Below, piece after piece: positions 1 through 7,776 of a stretch of 9,448 bases of DNA (the first letter of the stretch is position 1; each line of letters opens with the position of its first letter). The stretch lies in the IMG/VR virus record IMGVR_UViG_2547132281_000004, one strand, 5' to 3'. The DNA comes from a virus (taxonomy: Duplodnaviria; Heunggongvirae; Uroviricota; Caudoviricetes). The notes beneath the pieces are model-generated. The model made no database searches and was not told the origin of the DNA. It worked only from the letters and a program-made list of their open reading frames with translations. Both the position numbers and the translations under genes were made by a program.

Positions 1-1272
1 CAGCGTCCGTTGCGTCAGACCCGCACCCGTAAGCCGTTCCCTGAATCACTACCCCGTGACGAAAAGCGACTGTTGCCTGCGGCGCCGTGCTGCCCGAACT
101 GCGGCGGTTCACTGAGCTATCTGGGCGAGGATACCGCCGAACAGCTGGAGTTGATGCGTAGTGCCTTCCGGGTTATCCGGACGGTACGGGAAAAACATGC
201 CTGTACTCAGTGCGATGCCATCGTGCAGGCACCTGCACCTTCGCGGCCCATCGAGCGGGGTATCGCCGGACCGGGGCTGCTGGCCCGCGTGCTGACCTCG
301 AAGTATGCAGAGCACACCCCGCTGTATCGCCAGTCAGAAATATACGGCCGGCAAGGTGTGGAGCTGAGCCGTTCACTGCTGTCGGGCTGGGTGGATGCAT
401 GCTGCCGGCTGCTGTCTCCGCTGGAAGAGGCGCTTCATGGCTATGTCATGACTGACGGCAAACTCCATGCCGATGATACCCCGGTCCAGGTACTGCTGCC
501 GGGTAATAAGAAGACGAAGACCGGGCGGTTGTGGGCGTATGTTCGTGATGACCGCAATGCCGGGTCAGCGTTGGCACCTGCAGTGTGGTTCGCTTACAGC
601 CCGGACAGAAAAGGCATCCATCCGCAGACTCATCTTGCCTGCTTCAGCGGTGTGCTGCAAGCGGATGCGTACGCCGGGTTCAACGAGCTGTATCGCAATG
701 GTGGGATAACGGAAGCTGCCTGCTGGGCTCATGCCCGCCGAAAGATCCACGATGTGCACGTCCGCATCCCGTCAGCACTGACGGAAGAAGCCCTGGAGCA
801 GATCGGTCAGTTGTACGCCATAGAGGCGGATATAAGGGGAATGCCGGCAGAGCAGCGGCTTGCTGAACGTCAGCGAAAAACGAAACCGCTGTTGAAATCC
901 CTGGAAAGCTGGTTGCGTGAAAAGATGAAAACCCTGTCGCGACACTCAGAACTGGCGAAAGCGTTCGCATACGCCCTGAACCAGTGGCCGGCGCTGACGT
1001 ACTATGCAGATGATGGCTGGGCTGAGGCGGACAATAACATCGCTGAAAATGCGTTGCGGATGGTCAGTCTGGGCCGCAAAAACTACCTGTTCTTCGGTTC
1101 GGATCATGGAGGAGAGCGGGGAGCGCTGCTGTACAGCCTGATCGGGACGTGCAAACTGAACGGAGTGGAGCCAGAAAGCTACCTCCGCTATGTCCTTGAC
1201 GTCATAGCCGACTGGCCGATAAACCGGGTCGGCGAACTGCTCCCCTGGCGCGTAGCACTGCCGACTGAATAA
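1..1272 (+). CDS. IS66-family transposase (large TnpC-type ORF), 3' portion; 5' end lies outside the window
   Basis: Open frame runs from the window edge to a stop at 1270-1272. Translation carries an N-proximal CxxC...CxxC pair (CCPNCGG...CTQC) and conserved-looking blocks ([66 protein letters not shown]) that I recognise as IS66 TnpC. The Met at 10 is internal, not the true start. Confidence 0.9.
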   Translation, partial: QRPLRQTRTRKPFPESLPRDEKRLLPAAPCCPNCGGSLSYLGEDTAEQLELMRSAFRVIRTVREKHACTQCDAIVQAPAPSRPIERGIAGPGLLARVLTSKYAEHTPLYRQSEIYGRQGVELSRSLLSGWVDACCRLLSPLEEALHGYVMTDGKLHADDTPVQVLLPGNKKTKTGRLWAYVRDDRNAGSALAPAVWFAYSPDRKGIHPQTHLACFSGVLQADAYAGFNELYRNGGITEAACWAHARRKIHDVHVRIPSALTEEALEQIGQLYAIEADIRGMPAEQRLAERQRKTKPLLKSLESWLREKMKTLSRHSELAKAFAYALNQWPALTYYADDGWAEADNNIAENALRMVSLGRKNYLFFGSDHGGERGALLYSLIGTCKLNGVEPESYLRYVLDVIADWPINRVGELLPWRVALPTE

Positions 1273-1278
1273 CACATC

Positions 1279-1309
1279 CCCGTCAATACGGTTCTTGCTG
1301 CACGCTTAC
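1279..1309. repeat. Terminal inverted repeat (right end) of the IS66-family element
   Basis: Outer end ...CTGCACGCTTAC at 1298-1309 is the reverse complement of GTAAGCGTGCAG. The partner repeat is outside the window, so the inverted symmetry cannot be verified here. Confidence 0.55.
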
Positions 1310-1345
1310 AAAAAAATAATAGTTTTTTTTAACTCTGAACCAGCA

Positions 1346-1537
1346 ATGGTAGTGCCAGTGATGACCGGAGTTAACACCATCATGCGTGAATATCCAAATG
1401 GCGAAACAACACACCTCACTGTAATGGCTGCAGGGTTTCCATCTCTGACCGGAGATCATAAAGTCATTTATGTAGCAGCGGATCGACATGTAACTTCAGA
1501 AGAAATTCTGGAAGCAGCAATGAGACTCTTGAATTGA
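1346..1537 (+). CDS. Hypothetical small protein (63 aa); possibly the 3' remnant of a gene interrupted by the IS66 insertion
   Basis: ORF MVVPVMTGVNTIMREYPNGETTHLTVMAAGFPSLTGDHKVIYVAADRHVTSEEILEAAMRLLN. The track ORF starting at 1295 begins inside the IS terminus, so that start is an artefact. No clear Shine-Dalgarno before ATG 1346. Family not recognised. Confidence 0.3.
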   Translation: MVVPVMTGVNTIMREYPNGETTHLTVMAAGFPSLTGDHKVIYVAADRHVTSEEILEAAMRLLN

Positions 1538-1631
1538 TTTGATTCTAATGCATTGATAATAAATGATAATCATCTTTATCTGTTTGTGTGAAATTTAGAC
1601 CGTCGTATGTTGATTATTGCGATGTTTCATC

Positions 1632-1660
1632 TTATCTTTTATACGTTTGCTCCATATAAT
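1632..1660 (+). promoter_or_regulatory. Candidate sigma70 promoter for the Gns-like gene (perfect -10 TATAAT at 1655-1660, weak -35-like TTATCT at 1632-1637)
   Basis: TATAAT hexamer about 50 bp upstream of the 1710 start in an AT-rich leader; the -35 match is poor (3 of 6). Pattern-based only. Confidence 0.2.
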
Positions 1661-1709
1661 TGACACTACTGTGTACCAGGACAGTCATAACAGACTAAAA
1701 GAGGAAATG

Positions 1710-1883
1710 ATGAACATTGAAGAGTTAAAAACAAAAACAGAAGCAGATATTTCTGAATATATAACAAAAAAAATCATTGAGCTTAAGAAAAAGACCGGGA
1801 AAGAAGTTACCAGTATCCAGTTTACTGCACGGGAAAAAATGACTGGTCTTGAAAGCTATGATATCAAGATTGATTTAATCTAG
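1710..1883 (+). CDS. gnsB: Gns-family small protein (GnsA/GnsB-like)
   Basis: 57-aa product MNIEELKTKTEADISEYITKKIIELKKKTGKEVTSIQFTAREKMTGLESYDIKIDLI aligns along its full length with my recollection of E. coli GnsA/GnsB (MNIEELK...TGKEV..I.FTAREKMTGLESYD.KI). GAGG at 1701-1704 gives good spacing to ATG 1710; the track ORF from 1617 is an upstream in-frame extension. The gnsB symbol is chosen from the prophage context. Confidence 0.6.
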   Translation: MNIEELKTKTEADISEYITKKIIELKKKTGKEVTSIQFTAREKMTGLESYDIKIDLI

Positions 1884-2178
1884 CATGTTTATAGTATTAG
1901 CATCAATTTCTCATCAGATGCTATTCAACAATACAAATTATCCATAAACCTCGTTTTTACGGGGTTTTGTTATATTTAAACATTACCGAATAGATATAAA
2001 TCTCGATTGTCGATGGTATTGGTTGTGTGACAATACCTAGTCTTTCCGGTATGCCTGAAGAGAATACAAACGACAGATTATGTAAGGGAAACGCGCTGAA
2101 ACTTTCACTCTTTCATGCTGAGTGATTTGACGTTATATTTTTAGCCGCAAGTGAAGAGCAAACGAATGGAGCGACAAA

Positions 2179-2385
2179 ATGCATAAAGATCAATACACTG
2201 ATGCCCCCTCCCAGGAGCAGGTTCGTGTAAAAACTATGCTTAATAGCACCATTTCGATGGGTTACCCGGATGTTGTAATTGCATGTATAGAACATCAAGT
2301 ATCTCTGGAAGCATTCAGGGCAATTGAGGCCGCGTTAGTAAAGCACGATAAGAATACGAAGGATTATTCCCTGGTGGTTGACTGA
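2179..2385 (+). CDS. Hypothetical small prophage protein (68 aa)
   Basis: [71 protein letters not shown] with GGAG at 2167-2170, 8 nt before the ATG. It sits between the Gns-like gene and the terminase small subunit, the position occupied by ynfO/ydfO in K-12 Qin as I recall the map; identity not verified. Confidence 0.5.
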   Translation: MHKDQYTDAPSQEQVRVKTMLNSTISMGYPDVVIACIEHQVSLEAFRAIEAALVKHDKNTKDYSLVVD

Positions 2386-2754
2386 TCACCATAACTGCTA
2401 ACCATTCTGACCATTTCACAAGTGACAGAGTCAATATCGTATTCTGTCACTGTAATGCTAATACAGTACTGCAATTCAACTACAGCAATGCCTCGTATTT
2501 AGGTGAATTTACAATATCGTCCAGTTCGGATGCCGGCTGCATTTCTGAAGATAAGGCATTTCGGTTCGCGTATTTTCCCCTCATGCTCGTCAGTCCTGCG
2601 CGTAGTAAGAAACAGGACACTCACACTAATTTGTGTGAGCATGCTGTGATGTCCTTCTGAATTATCCCCATGCCATTATGTAACGCTCTGTTTCAGATGC
2701 TCGTCACGGTTGTCAGGCTGTCGGGTCCTCCCAGTGGGGGTCCCTGCCACGGGG

Positions 2755-2790
2755 CGGGAGCGTCGCGGAAAAAGACTAGTTTTTGCATTT
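2755..2790 (+). other. Candidate lambda-like cos site (cosN-like core about 2762-2773)
   Basis: ACGGGGCGGGAGCGTCGCGGAAAAAG resembles the lambda cos junction ...ACGGGGCGGCGACCTCGCGGGTTTTCG (12-nt cohesive end GGGCGGCGACCT) as I remember it. It lies about 175-185 bp upstream of the terminase small subunit start, as Nu1 does relative to the lambda left end, and is followed by AT-rich DNA. Confidence 0.4.
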
Positions 2791-2947
2791 CCATGGCGGC
2801 GGCAGCATGTTTGGTAATTTATTGATAATTAAAAGTTATTTCTCTTTTCACCTGTACAATATTTTTTTCTCCCTGTCATTAGACCAGTTTGCAATTAATT
2901 GAAATATATAAATAAACCTGATTTTCACCTGCCAGATGGAGTTGCTT

Positions 2948-3475
2948 ATGTCAAATGTGAGCGGGATCGGTGATGCTTATTACTGGAGTGTTTTTAAAAT
3001 CGCCGAGGCCTTTGGGCTTCACCGGGACACAGTAAAAAAACGGCTCCTCGCGGCCAACACTCCTGTGGCTGCGACTGTCAGGGGGAACCCCGTTTACGCC
3101 CTGCAGCATGTCGGGCCCGCCCTGTTTAGTGTGAAGCATGAGGCAGCAGACTCTGTTCATGATCCATCCCGTATGGAGCCGAAAGAGAGAAAGGACTGGT
3201 ACCAGTCTGAAAATGAAAGGATCAAGCTGGAAAAGGAGCAGCGAAAACTCATCCCAGTTGATGAAGTAGTCATCGTCTATTCGTCCATGAGAAAGGCTGT
3301 CGTCCAGGTTCTGGAGACAATTCCGGATGTTCTTGAACGCGATTGCGCCCTGACTCCTCAGGCCGTCGGCGTTGTACAGCAGGCCATTGATGACCTGCGA
3401 TACACTCTTCAGGAAAAATCCTACGAGGCTTGTGCTGCTGAATTAATTCCTGATGAGGAAGGAGAGAGTCTCTAG
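2948..3475 (+). CDS. Phage terminase small subunit (Nu1-like DNA-binding packaging protein)
   Basis: Immediately upstream of and coupled to the large terminase subunit. N-terminal helix-turn-helix-like segment (SVFKIAEAFGLHRDTVKKRL) and a charged block (ENERIKLEKEQRKL) resemble lambda Nu1 (AERDAEIENEKLRRE). GGAG at 2938-2941 favours ATG 2948 (MSNVSG...); ATG 2936 is an in-frame alternative. Confidence 0.8.
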   Translation: MSNVSGIGDAYYWSVFKIAEAFGLHRDTVKKRLLAANTPVAATVRGNPVYALQHVGPALFSVKHEAADSVHDPSRMEPKERKDWYQSENERIKLEKEQRKLIPVDEVVIVYSSMRKAVVQVLETIPDVLERDCALTPQAVGVVQQAIDDLRYTLQEKSYEACAAELIPDEEGESL

Positions 3476-3483
3476 GAGGAATA

Positions 3484-5583
3484 ATGGGTTTTTCATCAGC
3501 CCGAAATTTGGGAAGGGACATATCGGCAGGATTTTCCCCACCACGTCGCATGCCGATTTCGGAGGCTGTTAAAAAATTCATGCGTGTTCCCAAGGGGGCT
3601 GGTAACTCGGTGCCATGGGATCCTGAACTGACACCCTACATCATTGAGCCCATGAACTGCCTGGCATCGCGTGAATACGATGCGGTGATTTTTGTTGGTC
3701 CTGCGCGAACAGGGAAGACCATTGGTCTGATCGATGGATGGATTGTCTATACCATCGTTTGCGATCCTTCGGACATGCTCGTTGTGCAGATGACCGAAGA
3801 TAAGGCCCGCGAGCATTCTAAAAAGCGCCTTGACAGAACGTTCAGAAGCAGTGCGGCGGTAAAGAAAAGAATGAGTCCACGTCGTAACGACAATAATGTC
3901 CATGATAAGACGTTCAGGGATGGCTCGTTCCTTAAAATTGGTTGGCCCTCGGTCAATATTATGTCGTCGTCGGATTACCGGTTTGTCGCCTTAACCGATT
4001 ACGACCGTTTTCCGGAGAATATCGACAGCGAGGGTGATGGTTTCTCCCTGGCCTCAAAACGTACCACCACATTTATGTCCGCCGGGATGACTCTGGTGGA
4101 GAGCTCGCCGGGACGTGACATCTGCGACAGCAAATGGCGACGTAAGTCGCCTCATGAAGCGCCACCGACGACTGGTATTCTTTCCCTTTACAATCGTGGT
4201 GACCGCCGCCGCTGGTACTGGCCATGTCCGCACTGCGGTGAATATTTTCAGCCAGCTATGGATGCCATGACCGGCTACCGTAATGAACCGGATCCCTTTA
4301 AAGCCAGTGAGGCGGCGTATCTACTTTGCCCGCACTGCAGCGGCATTATCACTGCGGAGAAAAAGCGTGAGCTCAATAGTGCAGGAGTCTGGTTGCGTGA
4401 AGGTCAGGTCATTGATCGTAACGGCAACGTTTCCGGTGAACCGCGCCGCTCCCGTATCGCCAGTTTCTGGATGGAAGGGCCAGCTGCTGCGTATCAGACC
4501 TGGGCGCAACTGGTTTACAAATTACTGACTGCAGAACAGGAGTATGAAGCGACAGGAAGCGAAGAAACACTCAGGGCGGTTATCAACACCGACTGGGGAT
4601 TGCCTTATCTTCCTCGTGCCAGCATGGAGCAACGAAAAAGTGAACTGCTTGAGCAGCGGGCAGAGCCAGTTCCTTCCCGCAGTGTTCCGGATGGCGTTAA
4701 TTTCCTTGTGGCGACAGTGGATGTGCAGGCGGGACGTCATCGCCGTTTTGTGGTTCAGGTAACGGGCTATGGCAGCCGTGGCGAACGCTGGATTATTGAT
4801 CGTTACAACATCACGCAGTCATTGCGCAGTGACTGCGACGGGGAGAGCCAGCGAATTGATCCGGCCAGCTATCCGGAAGACTGGGATGTCCTGCTGACGG
4901 ATGTTTTTCATAAAAGCTGGCCGCTGGCCTCCGATCCTTCTCAACAAATGCGACTGATGGCAATGGCGGTGGACTCCGGCGGTGAAGACGGGGTCACTGA
5001 TAATGCCTATAAATTCTGGCGTCGTTGCCGTCGTGATGGCCTTGGTAAACGTATTTACCTGTTTAAGGGCGACAGCATCCGGCGCGCAAAACTGATCAGC
5101 CGTACATTCCCTGATAACACCGGACGAACGGGCCGCCGGGCGCAGGCCGCAGGTGATGTGCCGCTCTGGCTTCTTCAGACGGATGCCCTGAAAGACCGGG
5201 TGAATAACGCGTTATGGCGTGACTCGCCAGGTCCAGGCTATGTGCATTTCCCTGACTGGCTGGGGAGCTGGTTTTACGACGAACTGACGTATGAAGAGCG
5301 GAGCAGTGACGGGAAATGGAGTAAGCCGGGTCGCGGTGCCAACGAAGCTTTTGACCTGATGGTGTATGCCGAGGCTCTGGTCATTCTGCATGGATACGAA
5401 AAGATCCGCTGGCCGGATGCACCGGAGTGGGCGAGCCGGGAAACCTGGCTGGAGTGTGTCCCGGACAGTACCGAACCGTCACCCTCACCGGAACCGGTAC
5501 CCACGCCTGTTAAAAAACAAAAACGGAAGAAAACAGTAACTGACGATGTTAACCCCTGGCTGACTTCCGGAGGATGGTTATGA
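3484..5583 (+). CDS. Phage terminase large subunit, GpA (lambda A) family
   Basis: 699-aa uninterrupted ORF with strong SD AGGAGGA at 3474-3480. Walker A-like GPARTGKT; paired CPHCG...CPHCS motifs. Blocks align with lambda gpA from memory (VGPARTGKT vs KSARVGYSK; CPHCGEYFQ vs CPHCGEEQY; VDVQAGRHRRFVVQVTGYGSRGERWIIDRYNI vs IDSQLDRYEMRVWGWGPGEESWLIDRQII). Confidence 0.95.
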   Translation: MGFSSARNLGRDISAGFSPPRRMPISEAVKKFMRVPKGAGNSVPWDPELTPYIIEPMNCLASREYDAVIFVGPARTGKTIGLIDGWIVYTIVCDPSDMLVVQMTEDKAREHSKKRLDRTFRSSAAVKKRMSPRRNDNNVHDKTFRDGSFLKIGWPSVNIMSSSDYRFVALTDYDRFPENIDSEGDGFSLASKRTTTFMSAGMTLVESSPGRDICDSKWRRKSPHEAPPTTGILSLYNRGDRRRWYWPCPHCGEYFQPAMDAMTGYRNEPDPFKASEAAYLLCPHCSGIITAEKKRELNSAGVWLREGQVIDRNGNVSGEPRRSRIASFWMEGPAAAYQTWAQLVYKLLTAEQEYEATGSEETLRAVINTDWGLPYLPRASMEQRKSELLEQRAEPVPSRSVPDGVNFLVATVDVQAGRHRRFVVQVTGYGSRGERWIIDRYNITQSLRSDCDGESQRIDPASYPEDWDVLLTDVFHKSWPLASDPSQQMRLMAMAVDSGGEDGVTDNAYKFWRRCRRDGLGKRIYLFKGDSIRRAKLISRTFPDNTGRTGRRAQAAGDVPLWLLQTDALKDRVNNALWRDSPGPGYVHFPDWLGSWFYDELTYEERSSDGKWSKPGRGANEAFDLMVYAEALVILHGYEKIRWPDAPEWASRETWLECVPDSTEPSPSPEPVPTPVKKQKRKKTVTDDVNPWLTSGGWL

Positions 5584-5792
5584 ATCAGAATGATATTGAA
5601 GCCATGATTCAGCGTTATACGGAAGCTGAAATGGCGGTGCTGGACGGAAAATCCGTCACTTTTAATGGTCAGCAGATGACCATGGAAAACTTATCTGAGA
5701 TCCGGCAGGGGCGGCAGGAGTGGGAGCGCCGCCTTGCGGCTCTGATTACACGACGACGGGGGCATCCCGGGTACCGGCTGGCGAGGTTCTGA
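5580..5792 (+). CDS. gpW-like head-tail joining / head completion protein
   Basis: 70-aa product MNQNDIEAMIQRYTEAEMAVLDGKSVTFNGQQMTMENLSEIRQGRQEWERRLAALITRRRGHPGYRLARF resembles lambda gpW (...[55 protein letters not shown]). ATG 5580 overlaps the terminase stop (ATGA) with GGAGG at 5569-5573; position after the large terminase matches lambda gene order. Confidence 0.75.
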   Translation: MNQNDIEAMIQRYTEAEMAVLDGKSVTFNGQQMTMENLSEIRQGRQEWERRLAALITRRRGHPGYRLARF

Positions 5793-5981
5793 TGGCAATT
5801 CTTGATGATGTGATTGGCGTTTTTTCACCAGGATGGAAAGCGGCAAGGCTGCGTTCCCGTGCGGTGATCCAGGCTTATGAGGCCGTAAAAACGACGCGGA
5901 CACACAAAGCCCGACGGGAGAACCGAACTGCCGACCAGTTAAGCCAGTACGGGGCCGTGTCGTTACGTGAGCAGGCCCGTT
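5792..5981 (+). pseudogene. Portal protein gene, N-terminal fragment only (about 63 codons), truncated by internal deletion
   Basis: ATG 5792 overlaps the gpW stop (TGATG). [63 protein letters not shown] looks like the start of a lambda-family portal protein in the gene-B position, but near 5981 the frame runs into tfa-derived DNA and stops at 6031. Confidence 0.55.
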
Positions 5982-6431
5982 ATTGCACCACCAGATATTC
6001 CTGCTGGCTTTGTGGCTGTTTTCAACAGTGATGAGGCATCGTGGCATCTCGTTGAAGACCATCGGGGTAAAACGGTTTATGACGTGGCTTCCGGCGACGC
6101 GTTATTTATTTCTGAACTCGGCTCATTACCGGAAAATGTCACCTGGTTATCCCCGGAAGGGGAGTTTCAGAAGTGGAACGGCACAGCCTGGGTGAAAGAT
6201 GCAGAAGCAGAAAAACTATTCCGGATCCGGGAGGCGGAAGAAACAAAAAACAGCCTGATGCAGGCAGCGAATGAGCATATTGCGCCACTTCAGGATGCTG
6301 TAGATCTGGAAATCGCAACGGAGGAAGAAAACTCGTTGCTGGAAGCCTGGAAAAAGTATCGGGTGTTGCTGAACCGTGTTAATACAACAACTGCACCGGA
6401 TATTGAATGGCCAGTAGCACCTATAGGGTAA
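5982..6431 (+). CDS. Tail fiber assembly protein (Tfa), C-terminal ~150 aa; 5'-truncated fragment fused to the portal remnant
   Basis: From [47 protein letters not shown]...[33 protein letters not shown] the translation closely matches E. coli prophage Tfa proteins as I remember them (...[19 protein letters not shown]...[11 protein letters not shown]...PDIEWP...). The family N-terminal ~45 aa are absent; the ATG at 5967 (MSRPV) lies in portal-derived DNA. Confidence 0.8.
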   Translation: MAPPDIPAGFVAVFNSDEASWHLVEDHRGKTVYDVASGDALFISELGSLPENVTWLSPEGEFQKWNGTAWVKDAEAEKLFRIREAEETKNSLMQAANEHIAPLQDAVDLEIATEEENSLLEAWKKYRVLLNRVNTTTAPDIEWPVAPIG

Positions 6432-6514
6432 ATTCGTAATGATTACCTAAATACGTTATTCTTTTGTTCAAAAAGTGATTTTGCTATAGGTAGGGAGTAT
6501 GTTCTTGGATTAAG

Positions 6515-6547
6515 AATAAAAAATCGCCATGAAAGAGCTTCATGGCG
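6515..6547 (-). terminator. Candidate intrinsic terminator, minus-strand orientation
   Basis: Perfect 9-bp stem CGCCATGAA/TTCATGGCG with a 5-nt loop at 6525-6547; on the minus strand it is followed by ATTTTTTATT (plus-strand A-run at 6515-6524). No T-run follows it on the plus strand. Confidence 0.4.
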
Positions 6548-7020
6548 AGTACATAAACGTACAAAATGTGATGAAAGTAGAGTGGCGTAAGCCACTATAT
6601 TAAGATATGACAATAGCGAACAAAAGTAAATAACATTTTATGGACGTTTAATTGTTAATTATAAAAACTAGAGTGCCCGATATTGTTTATCTTGCTTTAA
6701 AATAATGTACTCAAACCAAATTTTTGAGCTAAAAGCTCAAATAATATAAATGCAATGATAATGTTTAATAAGACAATTAGCTTGCTTTGTATTTTCATTT
6801 CGGAATACTGTTAAGTAACTTTGATGACCCTAACAATAGATCGGAATTTTCTTAGAGTCAATGGTCACTGTTTTTGTTTGCAAAGCAAATGTTTTGGTGG
6901 TTATAAGTTTTCCTAATATAGTCACCTATGCAACTTGTTCCGTGTGGAGATTAAAGGTTAAAATTTAATGCGAGGATGGAATTATAATATATTTTTTTAT
7001 AATTAATTTAACCTTAACAT

Positions 7021-7118
7021 CGTTGCTGGCGGCATGGAAGAAATATCGGGTCTTGCTGATATCGTGTTGGCACTTCCTTAGTGCGGTTATCGAATGGCCA
7101 GCTGTACCTGTGGGGTAA
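7021..7118 (+). repeat. Second, diverged direct copy of the tfa 3' end (last ~32 codons plus stop), detached from any tfa body
   Basis: Aligns base-for-base with 6334-6431 at roughly three quarters identity by eye. Its translation stays in frame ([32 protein letters not shown]) and keeps the Tfa C-terminal motifs WKKYRVLL and IEWP, so it derives from a once-functional tfa allele. Confidence 0.7.
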
Positions 7119-7250
7119 AAACTTTATATGGATGCTATTTTTATAATAGCTGGTAAAAACTGGCCGAACTGAAATTCACTGTTGATAAAAAAGATGTGTT
7201 TGAGTGTATGTCATTGTTTTCTTAATGGAATCCACTAGAATGCAGCGAAT

Positions 7251-7448
7251 TTAAGAAGGTGGGTTTTTATTGGAATATAAACTACAATAATGCTCAACTC
7301 GTTCGTAGAATTGTTTTTTCTTATTTCTTGGAATGCTAACCATTATATGCATTATGGGGGCGATACTTCCTGATAATTTACATGATGCATACATTGAAGC
7401 AATAAATTCAATATCATTGTCATCAAAGTTAAAGCTTTCTCCGTCCAT
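7251..7448 (-). CDS. Hypothetical small protein (65 aa) inside the second AT-rich cassette
   Basis: Minus-strand ORF MDGESFNFDDNDIEFIASMYASCKLSGSIAPIMHIMVSIPRNKKKQFYERVEHYCSLYSNKNPPS with AAGGA 6 nt upstream of the ATG. Uninterrupted frames of this length are less expected by chance in such AT-rich DNA, but a 63-aa plus-strand ORF (7333-7524) overlaps it and no family is recognised. Confidence 0.25.
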   Translation of the reverse strand: MDGESFNFDDNDIEFIASMYASCKLSGSIAPIMHIMVSIPRNKKKQFYERVEHYCSLYSNKNPPS

Positions 7449-7776
7449 TTCAATTCCTTATGTGTTTGGCACAACTGATGCTGTATCCCATGAGAATTTA
7501 TGCAAGTTGTTATGTTTGATTTGATATTGCAATGATAATTGTAGCTAATTGTTTTCAATTGAGTGAAAGTTTATTTCGAGTGATTAAGTCGAAAAAAAAG
7601 ATTTCTCACGGTTAGTAAGCATATTAGGTCAGTATTCAGATATGAATGGTATTAATGACTAAATTTTCAATCATATATGGATTTTTATGCTGATGAAGAT
7701 GTTTTATTTGGCGATTCGTCAAGCATCTTCACTTAAGTAATCGTATATTTTAAGAGTGCAAAAGAGAAAGGGACAA

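Larger units (their letters stand above)
1..1309 (+). mobile_element. IS66-family insertion sequence, right-hand portion (partial; left part outside window)
   Basis: Transposase ORF followed 37 bp later by a terminus that reads GTAAGCGTGCAGCAAGAACCGTATTGACGGGG on the minus strand (ends at 1309); IS66-family ends typically begin GTAAGCG. Sharp compositional switch to AT-rich DNA (AAAAAAATAATAGTTTTTTTT) immediately outside. Confidence 0.75.

Noticed and set aside
109-1275. Several 60-110 aa ORFs on both strands inside the IS66 transposase region (109-315, 173-400, 210-455, 467-709, 565-759, 585-866, 680-970, 946-1275)
   Set aside because: All lie within the long, family-recognisable transposase frame in GC-rich DNA where spurious open frames are common. 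None has an independent ribosome-binding site or a recognisable product.
1283-1489. Minus-strand 68-aa ORF overlapping the IS66 terminus and the small ORF at 1346-1537
   Set aside because: It crosses the IS boundary, which no genuine gene should do, and has no ribosome-binding site.
1948-1972. Weak terminator-like hairpin CCTCG-TTTTTA-CGGGG followed by TTTTGTT downstream of the Gns-like gene
   Set aside because: The stem is only 5 bp and needs a G-U pair; too weak to call without folding energy or expression data.
2113-2298. Minus-strand 61-aa ORF overlapping the start of the 2179-2385 gene
   Set aside because: Antisense to a better-supported plus-strand ORF that has a Shine-Dalgarno; no signals of its own.
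2422-2450. Inverted repeat GTGACAGA...TCTGTCAC downstream of the 2179-2385 ORF
   Set aside because: 8-bp stem with a 13-nt loop and no following U-run; it could be a protein-binding site near cos but I cannot distinguish that from chance.
2951-3593. Minus-strand ORFs overlapping the terminase small subunit (2951-3160, 3270-3593)
   Set aside because: Embedded antisense to a coupled, family-recognisable plus-strand gene; no start signals.
3496-5504. Antisense and alternative-frame ORFs inside the terminase large subunit gene (3496-3903, 3747-3956, 4283-4528, 4321-4509, 4522-4740, 4544-4762, 5274-5504)
   Set aside because: Fully contained in a 699-aa ORF with clear terminase motifs; their products are low-complexity and arginine/serine-rich, typical of off-frame translation.
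5691-6195. ORFs 5691-6062 (minus), 5983-6195 (plus) and the N-terminal extension of 5720-6031
   Set aside because: They overlap the gpW, portal and tfa frames and span the deletion junction. The 5720 start lies inside gpW; the true portal start is ATG 5792 overlapping the gpW stop.
7333-7558. Plus-strand 63-aa ORF (7333-7524) and minus-strand 68-aa ORF (7352-7558) in cassette 2
   Set aside because: Neither has a ribosome-binding site, and they overlap the minus-strand 7251-7448 ORF, which does. At most one can be real, and I could support none strongly.
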